NCBI GenBank assembly: GCA_963779535.1
Contig: CAVZYP010000004.1
Coordinates: forward strand, 207,101-271,100
Direction: 5' to 3'
Source of the DNA: an uncultured Thermoleophilia bacterium
Lineage (GTDB): Bacteria; Actinomycetota; Thermoleophilia; Gaiellales; Gaiellaceae
Length of the DNA: 64,000 nucleotides
The position numbers were made by a program, and so were the translations under genes. The notes below the pieces were generated by a model. That model saw only the letters and a list, made by a program, of their open reading frames with translations. It was not told where the DNA came from and searched no databases. Shown in pieces: positions 1 to 9,439 of this stretch; position 1 is the first letter of the stretch; every line of letters begins with the position of its first letter.

Positions 1-476
1 ACAACTCGTTGATCCAGGCCGGAGTCGGCCAGAGATATGACCCCTTGGCGAACAGCGTCTACACCTACGCATGGTGGGAGATCCTGCCTGCCCTGTCGAC
101 CCCGATCGCGATGAGCGTCTCGCCCGGCGACGAGATGAACGTGACGATTGGACAGCTGTCCGGCACGCTCTGGGCGATCTCGATCACGGACGAGACAACG
201 GGCGAGCGCTTTCTCATCGATCAGGACTACACCGGGCCGGGCACCTCGGCGGAATGGATCGTCGAGGCGCCGACATCCGGGTCGACCGGGGCCTTGGACT
301 CTCTCGGTAGCTACGTCCCAGGCGTGACGTTCACGGGTCTTGGAGTCAACGGCAGCGCATCGTCGACCACCGATGTGATCTTGAACGACGGCAGCTCCGA
401 TCTGTCCGTCCCTTCGCCGTTGACTGCGAACGGCTTCACGGTCGCCTATGGCGGGACGGCGCCTGCTGCCCCCTGA
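1..476 (+). CDS. Peptidase G1 (eqolisin / glutamic peptidase) family protein, C-terminal part; 5' end outside window
   Basis: ORF 9..476 stays open to base 3. YAWWEILP and SAEWIVEAP resemble the conserved WyEw and AEWIVED core strands of G1 peptidases. Confidence 0.6.
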   Translation, partial: NSLIQAGVGQRYDPLANSVYTYAWWEILPALSTPIAMSVSPGDEMNVTIGQLSGTLWAISITDETTGERFLIDQDYTGPGTSAEWIVEAPTSGSTGALDSLGSYVPGVTFTGLGVNGSASSTTDVILNDGSSDLSVPSPLTANGFTVAYGGTAPAAP

Positions 477-501
477 ACGTAGCGCCCGAGCGACGAAGGG
501 G

Positions 502-507
502 TAGCTT
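502..507 (+). promoter_or_regulatory. -10-like hexamer TAGCTT, 7 nt before GTG 515 (leaderless-type promoter candidate)
   Basis: TANNNT hexamer at fixed short distance from the start codon; no Shine-Dalgarno sequence between them. Confidence 0.4.
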
Positions 508-514
508 CCTCTCA

Positions 515-1276
515 GTGTTGCGCGAGGTTGCCGAATATCCGAATTCGTTCGGGCCGCTCGGATCCGGCGACGAGCGGATCGACACCGGGCGGTACACGCT
601 CTGCATGGGCCCCGGAGCCTCGTGGAACACCGTGCAACGGCAGCGCTTCCCCGTGGCCGACGTCGATGAGGTGCTCGCGGAGGTGCGCGCGACGCTGCGG
701 GAGCGCGGACGCACGAAGACGCAGTGGGAGGTCGGCAGCTCCGCGCCGGCGGGACTCGTGGATGCGCTTCTCGAGCGCGGACTCATGCACGACAGGGACC
801 CCTACGCCGTCGCACTCGTCCTCACTCACGAGCCGCCGCTAGGCCCTCCGAATGCCGTCGCCCGTCGCGTCGAGACGTTCGAAGACTTCGCGGCCGCGTG
901 TGAGGTGCAGTGGGCCGCGTTCGAGTCGTCGCCGGAGGAGATCGAGGAAGCGCGCGCGCTGCTCGACAGCCGGTGGCGTGACTCGCCCATCCTCCGGCAC
1001 GCGGTGTGGCTCGACGGCGAGATCGTCTCTACGGGGACGGCGGCGCCGACCCCGCACGGCCTGCTCCTCTACGGGGGCGCGACGCTGCCCAGCGCCCGCG
1101 GTCGCGGCGCCTACCGCGCGCTCGTCCGCGCCCGCTGGGACGACGCGGTCTCGCGCAGCACACCGGTGCTGATCACGCAGGGCGGCTCGATGTCCCGACC
1201 GATCCTCGAGCGGCTGGGGTTCGAGCCTGTCGGCCACGTGCACATGCTCGTGGATGTCTTCGGTCGAGTCGGTTGA
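515..1276 (+). CDS. GNAT family N-acetyltransferase
   Basis: 253-aa ORF. C-terminal half carries the acetyl-CoA pocket motif RGRGAYRAL followed by a beta-bulge-like region. Confidence 0.75.
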   Translation: MLREVAEYPNSFGPLGSGDERIDTGRYTLCMGPGASWNTVQRQRFPVADVDEVLAEVRATLRERGRTKTQWEVGSSAPAGLVDALLERGLMHDRDPYAVALVLTHEPPLGPPNAVARRVETFEDFAAACEVQWAAFESSPEEIEEARALLDSRWRDSPILRHAVWLDGEIVSTGTAAPTPHGLLLYGGATLPSARGRGAYRALVRARWDDAVSRSTPVLITQGGSMSRPILERLGFEPVGHVHMLVDVFGRVG

Positions 1277-1423
1277 CAGAGGAGCAACCCTGGCCCACGA
1301 GGACGTGAAGTAGAGCGGCCCGCTGATCTCCTTCACGGGAAGGCCGTTGCCGCCGGCACGATCCCGCTCGTTCGCCGGCTCGTCAGTGTGGTGCCGCGTG
1401 TAGCTGTTGGTCGGTGGATGTTC

Positions 1424-1429
1424 TAGCCT
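1424..1429 (+). promoter_or_regulatory. -10-like hexamer TAGCCT, 6 nt before GTG 1436
   Basis: Same TANNNT-plus-short-spacer layout as other unit-first genes in this window. Confidence 0.35.
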
Positions 1430-1435
1430 CGGCTG

Positions 1436-1997
1436 GTGCTGGTCTGTGCGAGTTGCGGTCGTGAGACGCCGGAGGGTTTTCCGCTGTGTGCAAACTGCGG
1501 CGCCTCTGTGACGCGGCTGCGGTCGTGCGTGAGTTGCGCAAGACGGTGAGGGTGGTGTTTTGTGACTTGGTCAGTTCGACGGCGCTTGGCGAGCAGACTG
1601 ATCCGGAGGCGTTGCGGGCGTTTGTTGGGCCGCTATTTCGAGCGGATGAGCGGGATCGTCGAGTCGCACGGCGGGACGGTGGAGAAGTTCATCGGGGACG
1701 CCGTGCTGGCGGTCTTCGGGGTGCCGTTGGTGCATGAGGACGATGCGTTGCGGGCGTGTCGGGCTGCGGTAGAGATGCGCGACGCGTTGCCGGCGCTGGG
1801 TGTTCAGGGCCGGCTCGGTGTGAACACCGGTGAGGTGGTGACGGGGACGGCGGAGCGGTTGGTGACCGGGGATGCGGTGAACGTAGCTGCACGGTTGGAG
1901 CAGGCGGCGGTACCAGGCGGAGGTGCTGATCGGCGCGTCGACGCACGAGCTCGTGCAAGGGGCGGTCGACGCCCTTGTATTCTCTAAGGTCAACTGA
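1436..1997 (+). pseudogene. Zinc-ribbon + class III adenylate/guanylate cyclase domain gene; at least 3 frame changes, ends right after the cyclase domain
   Basis: Reading frame by position mod 3: frame 2 gives VLVCASCGRETPEGFPLCANCGAS. Frame 1 gives RKTVRVVFCDLVSSTALGEQTDPEALRA. Frame 2 gives YFERMSGIVESHGGTVEKFIGDAVLAVFGVP...GDAVNVAARLEQA. Frame 0 gives GEVLIGASTHELVQGAVDA then stop at 1995-1997. Paralogous to the cyclase module of the 2463..6242 gene. Confidence 0.7.
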
Positions 1998-2016
1998 GAA
2001 CGCGAAAGGAGTCAAA

Positions 2017-2421
2017 GTGAGCTATTCCCTACCGGAGGACGTGAGCAGAGATCGCGAGCAGGTCGCGAGCGCGACGGGCCGGCACCGATTCGACTCGATG
2101 ACGACTCTCACCTCGCGCGATCCGCTCGCGTTTGCGATGAGAGACGATCTCGCCGTAGACGACCTTGCCGACGGGTTCAACCGTATGCTGCTCCCGCTTG
2201 CACCGACGAGCGGAAGCGCCTCGATCTTCGTGGGCGCCGCGAACAGCACAACCGGGATGCACTCCCACGAGTCGAACACCCTGCACGTGATCGCGACCGG
2301 GTCGGTGAAGGTCAACGGGCAGGAATTGTCCTCCGGCGACTGGGCATACATCCCCGCCGGGAACGATTACGAGCTCGAGGTTGGGATGTACTGCTGCGTC
2401 GTCATGTACTGGCACTGGTGA
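2017..2421 (+). CDS. Cupin domain protein
   Basis: ORF 1975..2421. The in-frame GTG at 2017 is preceded by AAAGGAG (SD) 6 nt upstream. Motifs GMHSHESNTLHVIATG ... GDWAYIPAG fit the cupin barrel. Confidence 0.6.
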   Translation: MSYSLPEDVSRDREQVASATGRHRFDSMTTLTSRDPLAFAMRDDLAVDDLADGFNRMLLPLAPTSGSASIFVGAANSTTGMHSHESNTLHVIATGSVKVNGQELSSGDWAYIPAGNDYELEVGMYCCVVMYWHW

Positions 2422-2455
2422 TCGACTGAGCCGACGCTCCGGCGCACAGGTCGAC

Positions 2456-2475
2456 GGACCGGTTAGCGCCGGTCC
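2456..2475. terminator. Hairpin GGACCGG-ttagcg-CCGGTCC between convergent genes (overlaps the stop of the minus-strand gene)
   Basis: 7-bp GC stem read directly from the sequence; no U tract. Confidence 0.25.
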
Positions 2476-5400
2476 ACGTCCGCCAGTTCGGGCTCGAGCC
2501 TTGCCTGCGCGCGCCCGGCCATGGCTATGTTGCCCTTGCGCAGGTAGATTGCCTGCGCCCTCCGGAGGGAAGCCGTCGTCGCGTCGCGACCCTCGCCCGC
2601 GAGCTCGAGCACCTCAGCGAGATCCATCAGGGCGTCGCCGTGCCCGTTCAGATCGTCGGTCTGTTCCGCGAGCGCGAGCGCCTGGCGCGCGAACAGCAGC
2701 GCCTGCGCGTCCTCGCCGCGATGCACGAGTGCCCGCGCCCGCGCCTGCCGCCACAGCATCTGCGCGTTCACATCGTCGTCCGCGCCCAGCTCCTCGGACA
2801 GGCGAGAGCACTCCTCGGCCTCGTCGTAGCGTCCGAGCGCGCAGAGCACCCGGCCGAGCTCACCGCTAAGAGTCGAGCGGTACGGGCGCTCGCCCCTCTG
2901 CTCCAGTAGCTCGCATGCCCGGCGCAGGGCCTGTTCGGCGGCGACGTCGTCGCCGGAGACCTTCTCGATCCGGAAGAGCCCGCCCCAAAGCCCTGGATGC
3001 TCGTGGCCGACAAGCTCGTCCCACCGGCCGGCGGCCCGGGCGTGGAGAAGACGCGCCTCGTCGAACCGGCCGCGCATGGCCTCCAGCTGGGCTCGCGGGC
3101 TCATGATCAGTGGATGCTCGCGGGGCACGTCCTTCTGCTCCAGCCGCTGCAGTGCCGACTCCACGGACGTTGGACCCCAGACGAGCAGGCTGACGAGCTG
3201 GAACATGACGGCGCCGGCGACACGCTCGTTGCCCGTCCTTCGCGCGAGCGCGAGCGCTCTCGTACGCCTCCGAGCTGAGGGCGTATCGGCAGCTCGAGCG
3301 CTCGATCGCGCCGATCGCGACCCAAGCACGGGTCAGGCCGGACTCATCGTCCGTCCGTTTGAACACATGCAGCGCGTGTTCCGCGACGTCGCGGTGAGCG
3401 ACGGCGTCTTCGGCGAACTCAAGCTCGGCGAGGCGGGCATGCAGCTCCGCACGGCGATCGCCGCGGGACGCCGCGTCGCCGACGGTCGCGGTCAGCAGGC
3501 CATCGGCCTCCGGCACCCGGCCCGTCATCCGGAGCGCCGCGGCAACGTCGAGAGCAAGCTGCCACGATTCGGGCGAGGCGCGAGCACGGGCGCGGGCCAG
3601 CAGGCTGACGGCGGCCGCATCGTCGAGGCGCGCCATCGCCCTTCGGCCGGCGGCTGCCAGGTGCACTACGACGCGCTCGGCGAGGGCATCGGCGTTCGTG
3701 CTCAGCTGCCCGAGCTCCTGCAGATAACCGTAGGCCCGCTCGAGGTGGTAGCCGAGCAACTCGTCGAGGTCCGCCAATCCCGTGCCGTTCTCCTCCAGCC
3801 AATCCGCGAAGCGCTCGTGCAGATCTGCCCGGGTCGACTTGAGAATCGTCTCGTACGCGACGTCTCGGATCAGGAGATGCTGAAAGCGAAAGCCGTCCTC
3901 CCCGGCGAGTTCCGCCCTCTCCGCCGGATCATCTGCTTCAGCACGAGCGCGCTCAGCCGACTGAGGATCTGGGTGTCTTCCTCGATCAGCGCCTGGACGG
4001 CGCCGCAATGGAAGACCTCGCCCTCGACAGCGGCGAGCTCCAGCACGCGACGCTCCGCCGGGTCGAGCTGGTCGAGACGGGCGGCGAGCAGCGCGTGGAT
4101 CGTCGCCGGAACGACTACGTCGCCCTCACCCTCGGCCTCGGTCTCGGCGAGCATCGCGACCATCTCCTCGACGAATAGCGGATTCCCACCGGCCGCGCTC
4201 AGGATCCGGTCGCGGAGGTCGCCGCCGATCGCGCGTCCGGCCAGGAGCTCGTCGATTAACCGCTCGGCCTCCAGCTCCGACAGGGGCTCTAGCTGAAGCG
4301 CCACCGGCCACCGTGGCGAGGCATCGAGCAGCTCGGGCCGCGCGAGGCAGAGCAGCAGAATCGGGGCGTCGCCCGAGAGCAGGGCGACCTGCTCGACGAG
4401 CTCGAGGAAGCGTTCCTCGGCCCACTGGATGTCTTCGAAGACGACGACGAGCGGGGATTCAGCGGCAGCGGCGCCGAGCAGCTTGCGGAAGGCCCAGCCG
4501 ATCTCGTCCGCTGACGCACTCGGTGCCTCACTCCCGAGAAGGCTGCGGAGGGCGCCGGCCGCGGGGGGGTCGATCTCGACCCGCGGGAGCTGCTCGACCA
4601 CCTCGATCACCGGGCGGTAGGTGATCCCTTCGCCGTACGGCAGGCATCTGCCCCGCACGGCGGTCACATCGCCAAGGGACGAGAGGAACTCCGAGGTGAG
4701 CCGCGACTTGCCGACGCCCGCGACGCCGACGACGGTGAAGAGACTGCACGTGCGCTCGGAGACGACGCGGTCGAACTTCTCCGCCAGCAGTTGCCGCTCC
4801 CGCTCGCGCCCGACAAGCCGCGCGTCGTCGCGGCGCGGAAGCGGCGTAGCCTGCGCATCCACGGACTGCAGGCGAAACGCCGCAAGTCCAGCCGTCCAGC
4901 CTTTCACGTTGTCCAGCGTCGCGGGTTCCGCGACCACGGCGTGGGCGACGAGCAGGTGCGTTCGGCGGCCGATCAGGATCTCACCGGGCTCTCCAGCTTG
5001 CTGGAGGCGCTTGCCGATCACGAGCGGCTCGCCCGTGACGAACGCGTGCCCGGCACCCGGATCACCTGCCACGACCTCGCCCGTGTTGACGCCGATCCGC
5101 ACCTCGAGCCCTGTGTCACCGTCGAACCTGCTTACCATCGTCGGGATCCGCTCGCGCAGCTCGACCGCGGCGCGGACTGCGCGGAGAGCGTCGTCCTCCC
5201 GCACCACCGGTACGCCGAACACCGCCACCACCTCGTCCCCGACGAATTTCTCCACGGTACCGCCGTGCCGCTCGATTACCTCGGCGGCAAGGTCGAAGAA
5301 CCCCGACATCACGCGTCGCAACGCCTCGGGATCAAGCCGGCCTGCGAGCGTCGACGAGGCGACGACATCGCAGAAGATCACCGTCACCGTCTTGCGGGTC

Positions 5401-6242
5401 GCCGCCGACACCTCGGTGGGCGACGTAGCGCGGCCCGGAGTCGCCGCGGCCGAAGGCGGAGGAACCGCCGGGAGAGGCGGACGCGGAGTGTGAGGCGACC
5501 CGTCAAGAGCCGAATCCTGAAACAGCATCGCCTTCTCGAGCTGCTGCAACGCGAGCCCCGGATCGCGCCCGAGCTCCTCCCTCAGACGTGCGCGCGCGTC
5601 GGCCATCACCGCGAGCGCATCTCCCTGTCGCCCACACCGATGCAGGGCGAGCATGAGCAGACCTCGCAGCCGCTCGCGCAACGGGTGCTCGCGCACCAGC
5701 CTCTCGAGCTCGGGGATCAGCTCGGCGTCGCGGCCAATCGCGAGATCGGCGTCGAGGCGCAGCTCGAGCGCGATCAGCCGCAGCTCTTCCAGCCGGGTGA
5801 TCGCGTTCGCCGCAAACGTCTCGTAGCGGAAGTCCGCCAGCGGCTCTCCCCGCCAGAACGAGAGCGCCTGCCGCAAGGCATCGCCGGCTTCTCGCGCGTG
5901 CCCCTCCTCGAGCAGCCGCCTTCCCTGCGCGAAGAGCCCCTCGAACCGCTCGAGATCAAGCGCACCGGGCTCCAACTTCAGTACGTATCCGGGCGCCTGG
6001 GTCACGAGCACGCCGTCCCCGAGTCTCTTGCGGAGCTGTGAGACGTAGACCTGGATCGCCTTCAGGGGCCGCTGCGGAGGCTGCTTCCCCCACAACGCTT
6101 CCACGAGATGATCCTTCGACACCGTCTCGCCCGCATGAAGCAGCAGCACCGCGAGCAGCGCGCGCTGCTTGGCCGCCCCGAGCTCGATCTCCTGGTCTTC
6201 CACCCAGGCGCCAAGCGGGCCGAGGATGCCGAATTGCAGCAT
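2463..6242 (-). CDS. Large multidomain regulator: SARP (OmpR-type wHTH + BTAD) / class III cyclase domain / AAA_16-type P-loop NTPase / TPR-like repeats. Frame broken twice as sequenced (~3928 and ~3265)
   Basis: N-terminus MLQFGILGPL...LLAVLLLHAGETVSKDHLVEALWG...BTAD helices. Cyclase module RKTVTVIFCDVVASS...KFVGDEVVAVFGVP...RIGVNTGEVVAG. Walker A GVAGVGKS and Walker B LVVVFEDIQWAE. The protein continues in ORF 2866..4008 (FRFQHLLIRDVAYE...), then returns to the original frame in ORF 2463..3329 (helical repeats). ATG at 6242 chosen at MLQFGILG. Confidence 0.7.
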
Positions 6243-6248
6243 GTGGCG

Positions 6249-6254
6249 AACGTA
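6249..6254 (-). promoter_or_regulatory. -10-like hexamer TACGTT (minus strand), 6 nt before ATG 6242
   Basis: Reverse complement of aacgta at 6249-6254. Confidence 0.35.
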
Positions 6255-6303
6255 ACACCAGCAACGAACTCGTGCGGGAAAGTTTCCGTCAAGCCCCATC
6301 GGA

Positions 6304-6327
6304 AAACCCGCCGGAAACGGCGGGTTT
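6304..6327. terminator. Intrinsic-terminator-like hairpin AAACCCGCCG-GAAA-CGGCGGGTTT
   Basis: 10-bp stem with a GNRA-type loop. T-rich flanks on both strands (TTTCTCTT on plus, TTTTCC on minus). Confidence 0.55.
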
Positions 6328-6369
6328 CTCTTCGCCCTGCCATTTGTCGATCAGCCTCTACGACCGGCT

Positions 6370-6614
6370 CGGCGACTTCCGCCTCGCTGCTCTACGAAGC
6401 CGGCGCGTCACCCCGTGAGGTGGTGTCGCAGATGGGTCACACGCGCGCCGACCCGGCGCTCGAGATCTACGCGAAGAAGATGAACCGCGACAGCGAGACC
6501 GGCGCCCGCTTGGACGGCGGAGTTTTGGCACCAATGGGCACTAACACCGCCAGGCTCGAGAATCTGTCGTCTCTGCTGGAAACACAAAACCCGGCCAAAG
6601 CAGGGCTTTCGTGA
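6370..6614 (+). pseudogene. Tyrosine recombinase (phage-type integrase), C-terminal remnant only
   Basis: The tail of ORF 6108..6614 reads SLLYEAGASPREVVSQMGHT..ALEIYAKKM, the box II / catalytic-Tyr region of tyrosine recombinases. No N-terminal or core domains lie upstream. It ends 3 nt from the 3' end of tRNA-Gln. Confidence 0.6.
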
Positions 6615-6616
6615 GG

Positions 6617-6687
6617 CTGCGGGACTAGGACTCGAACCTAGACTACCGGATTCAGAGTCCGGCGTCCTACCATTAGACGATCCCGCA
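6617..6687 (-). tRNA. tRNA-Gln (anticodon CTG)
   Basis: Hand-folded 71-nt cloverleaf. Acceptor TGCGGGA/TCCCGCA with U1:A72 and discriminator G. Anticodon arm CCGGA-CTCTGAA-TCCGG. T arm CTAGG-TTCGAGT-CCTAG. No encoded CCA. Confidence 0.9.
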
Positions 6688-6717
6688 GGGCGTCCCGATT
6701 GTAGCCGCCTTCTGCGG

Positions 6718-7611
6718 CTACAGATCGAGTTGGTAGAGCGGTACGAGTCGTTTTTCCGCCTCCGTGTCGATGTGCGCGATCACCTCGACGTACGGCTCGA
6801 GGCCCGAGCCGCGCAGCTTCGCCTTCAGCAGGCCGTCGACCTGATAGATGCCGGAGGAGTTGTTCATGCGGATCGAGATCCTGATCGGTTTCTCCTCGCC
6901 GTCGGAGATCTCGACCTCCTCGATCGCCGCAGCGGAGAGCGAGTGGATGCCCACCCGGCCGCGCTCGAAGGCGATGCGCGAGCGGCCCTGCTCCATGTCG
7001 AGCGCGTCGGCGACTCGGAGAATGCCTGCTTCGAGCGTCAGAGGCTCACCATCGGAGCGGTGGCTGATGATCCCCTGCAGCACCTCGGAGACGACAACGG
7101 TGAGGTCGGGCTCCTCGTACAGGCCGCCGAGCAGCTCGCGCAGCTTCGGCTCGGCCAGGAAGAGGCTGAAGTCTTCGTGGCCGTGCCGGTGCACCGACAT
7201 GCCGATGCAGTGGGTCAGCGCTGTCAGCGCCACGACGAGCTCGGCGTCGTCGCGGGTCATGCCGTAGTCCTTGACCATCGCCGGCTCGATGCCGTGCTTG
7301 GTCAACTGCCGCAGCAGCTTGAGCGCGATGTTCGTGACGATCTGGATGTGCACCCAGGAGTGGTCGTTGATCTCCATGCGGGCGACCGCATTCACGTTCG
7401 CGACGTGCCACCAGCCCTTGATCTGGTCGTCCTTGTTCACCCGGTCGATCACCGTGCGCAGCTTGCGGTTCGCGCGGACGGGAACCCTGATGCGCATCTG
7501 CTTGACCGCCTCGGCAGGTGTCAGGCGAGTCTCGAGTTCAGCTTCCTTCGAGACGGGATCAGTGATCCGTTCGCGCGTTTGTGGGTCGAGCTGGTTCTTG
7601 TCCTCGGCCAT
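6718..7611 (-). CDS. HD domain metal-dependent phosphohydrolase family protein
   Basis: 297-aa ORF. Motifs HIQIV...THCIGMSVHRHGHEDFS...RVADALD fit an H..HD..D metal site. Confidence 0.65.
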   Translation of the reverse strand: MAEDKNQLDPQTRERITDPVSKEAELETRLTPAEAVKQMRIRVPVRANRKLRTVIDRVNKDDQIKGWWHVANVNAVARMEINDHSWVHIQIVTNIALKLLRQLTKHGIEPAMVKDYGMTRDDAELVVALTALTHCIGMSVHRHGHEDFSLFLAEPKLRELLGGLYEEPDLTVVVSEVLQGIISHRSDGEPLTLEAGILRVADALDMEQGRSRIAFERGRVGIHSLSAAAIEEVEISDGEEKPIRISIRMNNSSGIYQVDGLLKAKLRGSGLEPYVEVIAHIDTEAEKRLVPLYQLDL

Positions 7612-7619
7612 CCGGGGAC

Positions 7620-7625
7620 ACGATA
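7620..7625 (-). promoter_or_regulatory. -10-like hexamer TATCGT (minus strand), 8 nt before ATG 7611
   Basis: Reverse complement of acgata at 7620-7625. Confidence 0.4.
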
Positions 7626-7635
7626 CGCCTCGATC

Positions 7636-9439
7636 TCAGGCGGCGTCCGCCGCCCAGTCGCCGTAGAGCGACATGTACAGGCCCTGGACGGCGAGCAGCT
7701 CGTCGTGCGTTCCCTGCTCGACGACCTTGCCGTGCTCGAGGACGACGATCAGATCGGCATCGCGGATCGTCGACAACCGGTGGGCGATGATGAACGCGGT
7801 GCGGCCGTGCAGAAGCCGCCGCAGCGCACGCTCGATCTTGCGCTCGGTGCCGATGTCGACCGAGCTCGTCGCCTCGTCGAGGATCAGGATGCGCGGATCG
7901 GCGAGGAGAGCGCGGGCGAACGCGACCAGCTGGCGCTGGCCGAGCGACAACCGTGAGCCGCGCTCGCCGAGCTGCGTGTCGTAGCCGTCCTCGAGCTGCT
8001 CGATGAACTCGTCGGCTCCGACGGCGCCGGCGGCGGCCACGATCTCCTCGCGTGTCGCCTCCGGGCGGCCGAAGGCGAGGTTCTCGGCGATGGTTCCTGC
8101 GAACAGGAAGCCTTCCTGCGGCACGATGCCGAGCTGGCGCCGCAGCGATGCCTGGGAGATGTTGCGCAGGTCGACGGCGTCGATCGTGATGGCGCCCTCC
8201 GTCGGGTCGTAGAAGCGGGCGAGCAGCTTGGCGATCGTGGACTTCCCGGCGCCGGTGTGGCCGACGAGCGCGACCGTCGTCCCGGCCTGCACCTCGAGGT
8301 CGATCCCGTGCAGCACCTCGGGCCCTCGCCCGTAGGCGAAGCGAACGTCGTCGAAGGCAACCCGCCCTTCGATGCGCGCCAGTTCGACGGCACCGGCGGC
8401 GTCGCGCACCTCGGGCTCCTCGTCCAGCAGATCCGTGATCTTGTCGAGCGCCGCAACGGCCGAGAGGAACGTGTTGTAGAGCTGCGAGAGCTGCTGCACG
8501 GGGTCGAAGAAGTTGGTCAGGTAGGCGAGGAACGCGATCAGGACGCCGATCGTCATCTCGTGGTTGAACAGGAGGTAGCTCCCGTAGCCGAGCACGACAG
8601 CGGTTGCGACCGAGGAGATGAAGTCGACGACCGGGAAGTAGATGCCGCTCAGCTTCACCGTCTGCATGTTCGAGTCGCGGTAGCGGTTGCTGACGGCACG
8701 GAAGTTCTCGCGCGCAGCCCGCTCGCGCGTGAACGATTGGAGCACCCGCATGCCCGCGATGTCCTCCGCGAGGGTCGCGGTGACCGTCCCGAGCGTCTCG
8801 CGCACGCTGCGGTAGGCGCGGCCGGACCGCGTGCGAAACCAGGCGGTCGAGAACGCCATCACCGGCATGATGATCAGGGCCGCGAGCGCGAGCCGCCAGT
8901 CGAGGAAGAACAAGACGACCGCCGTGCCGACGAGCAGCAACGTGTTCTGAACGAGGGTCGTGACCCCGTCGGTGACGAGCTGGTCGAGCGCCTCGACGTC
9001 GTTCGTCAAGCGGCTGATGATCACGCCGGCGCGGTTCCGCTCGTAGAAGCCGAGCGACAGCTGCTGGAGGTGATCGAACAGGCGGCCGCGCAGGTCCGCG
9101 AGCATGCGTTCGCCGGTCCAGCCCGTGTAGAAGGTCTGGAGGTAACCGAACGCGATACCGAGCGCGCCCGCGGCGACGAACGCCGCCACGAGCCAGCCGA
9201 GCTGTGTCAGTGTTGCCCTTGCTGACCTCGTTGATCGTGCGACCCAGGAGGTACGGCGGCAGGAGCGTGACGGCCGTGGCGCCGAGCAGCGAGCCGATCG
9301 CAATCGCCGTACGCCCCTTGTACGGCCGGGCGAGCACGTAGAGCGCTCTGAGGCGCCGCCTCGTGCGGCCCCACGACCAGTCCTCGACCTGCGCCCGGCC
9401 CCCGCGCGTGAGATGGCTGCCCGGCTGATGCACGCGCAT
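7636..9439 (-). CDS. ABC transporter permease/ATP-binding protein (exporter half-transporter); one extra base near 9197-9218 as sequenced
   Basis: ORF 7636..9303 has the TMD plus Walker A GHTGAGKST, signature LSLGQRQ and Walker B ILILDEATS. The true N-terminus (LRALYVLARPYKGRTAIAIGSLL...LLGRTINEVSKGNT) lies in the frame starting at ATG 9439. ATGA overlap with the upstream gene. Confidence 0.85.

Noticed and set aside
1274-1279. Perfect TTGACA (-35 consensus) just after the GNAT stop
   Set aside because: No TANNNT partner sits at 16-19 nt downstream, and no gene start follows at a suitable distance. Probably chance.
6108-6614. 168-aa plus-strand ORF as an intact gene
   Set aside because: Only the last ~80 codons resemble anything (integrase C-terminus). 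The first half is antisense to the start of the large regulator gene.
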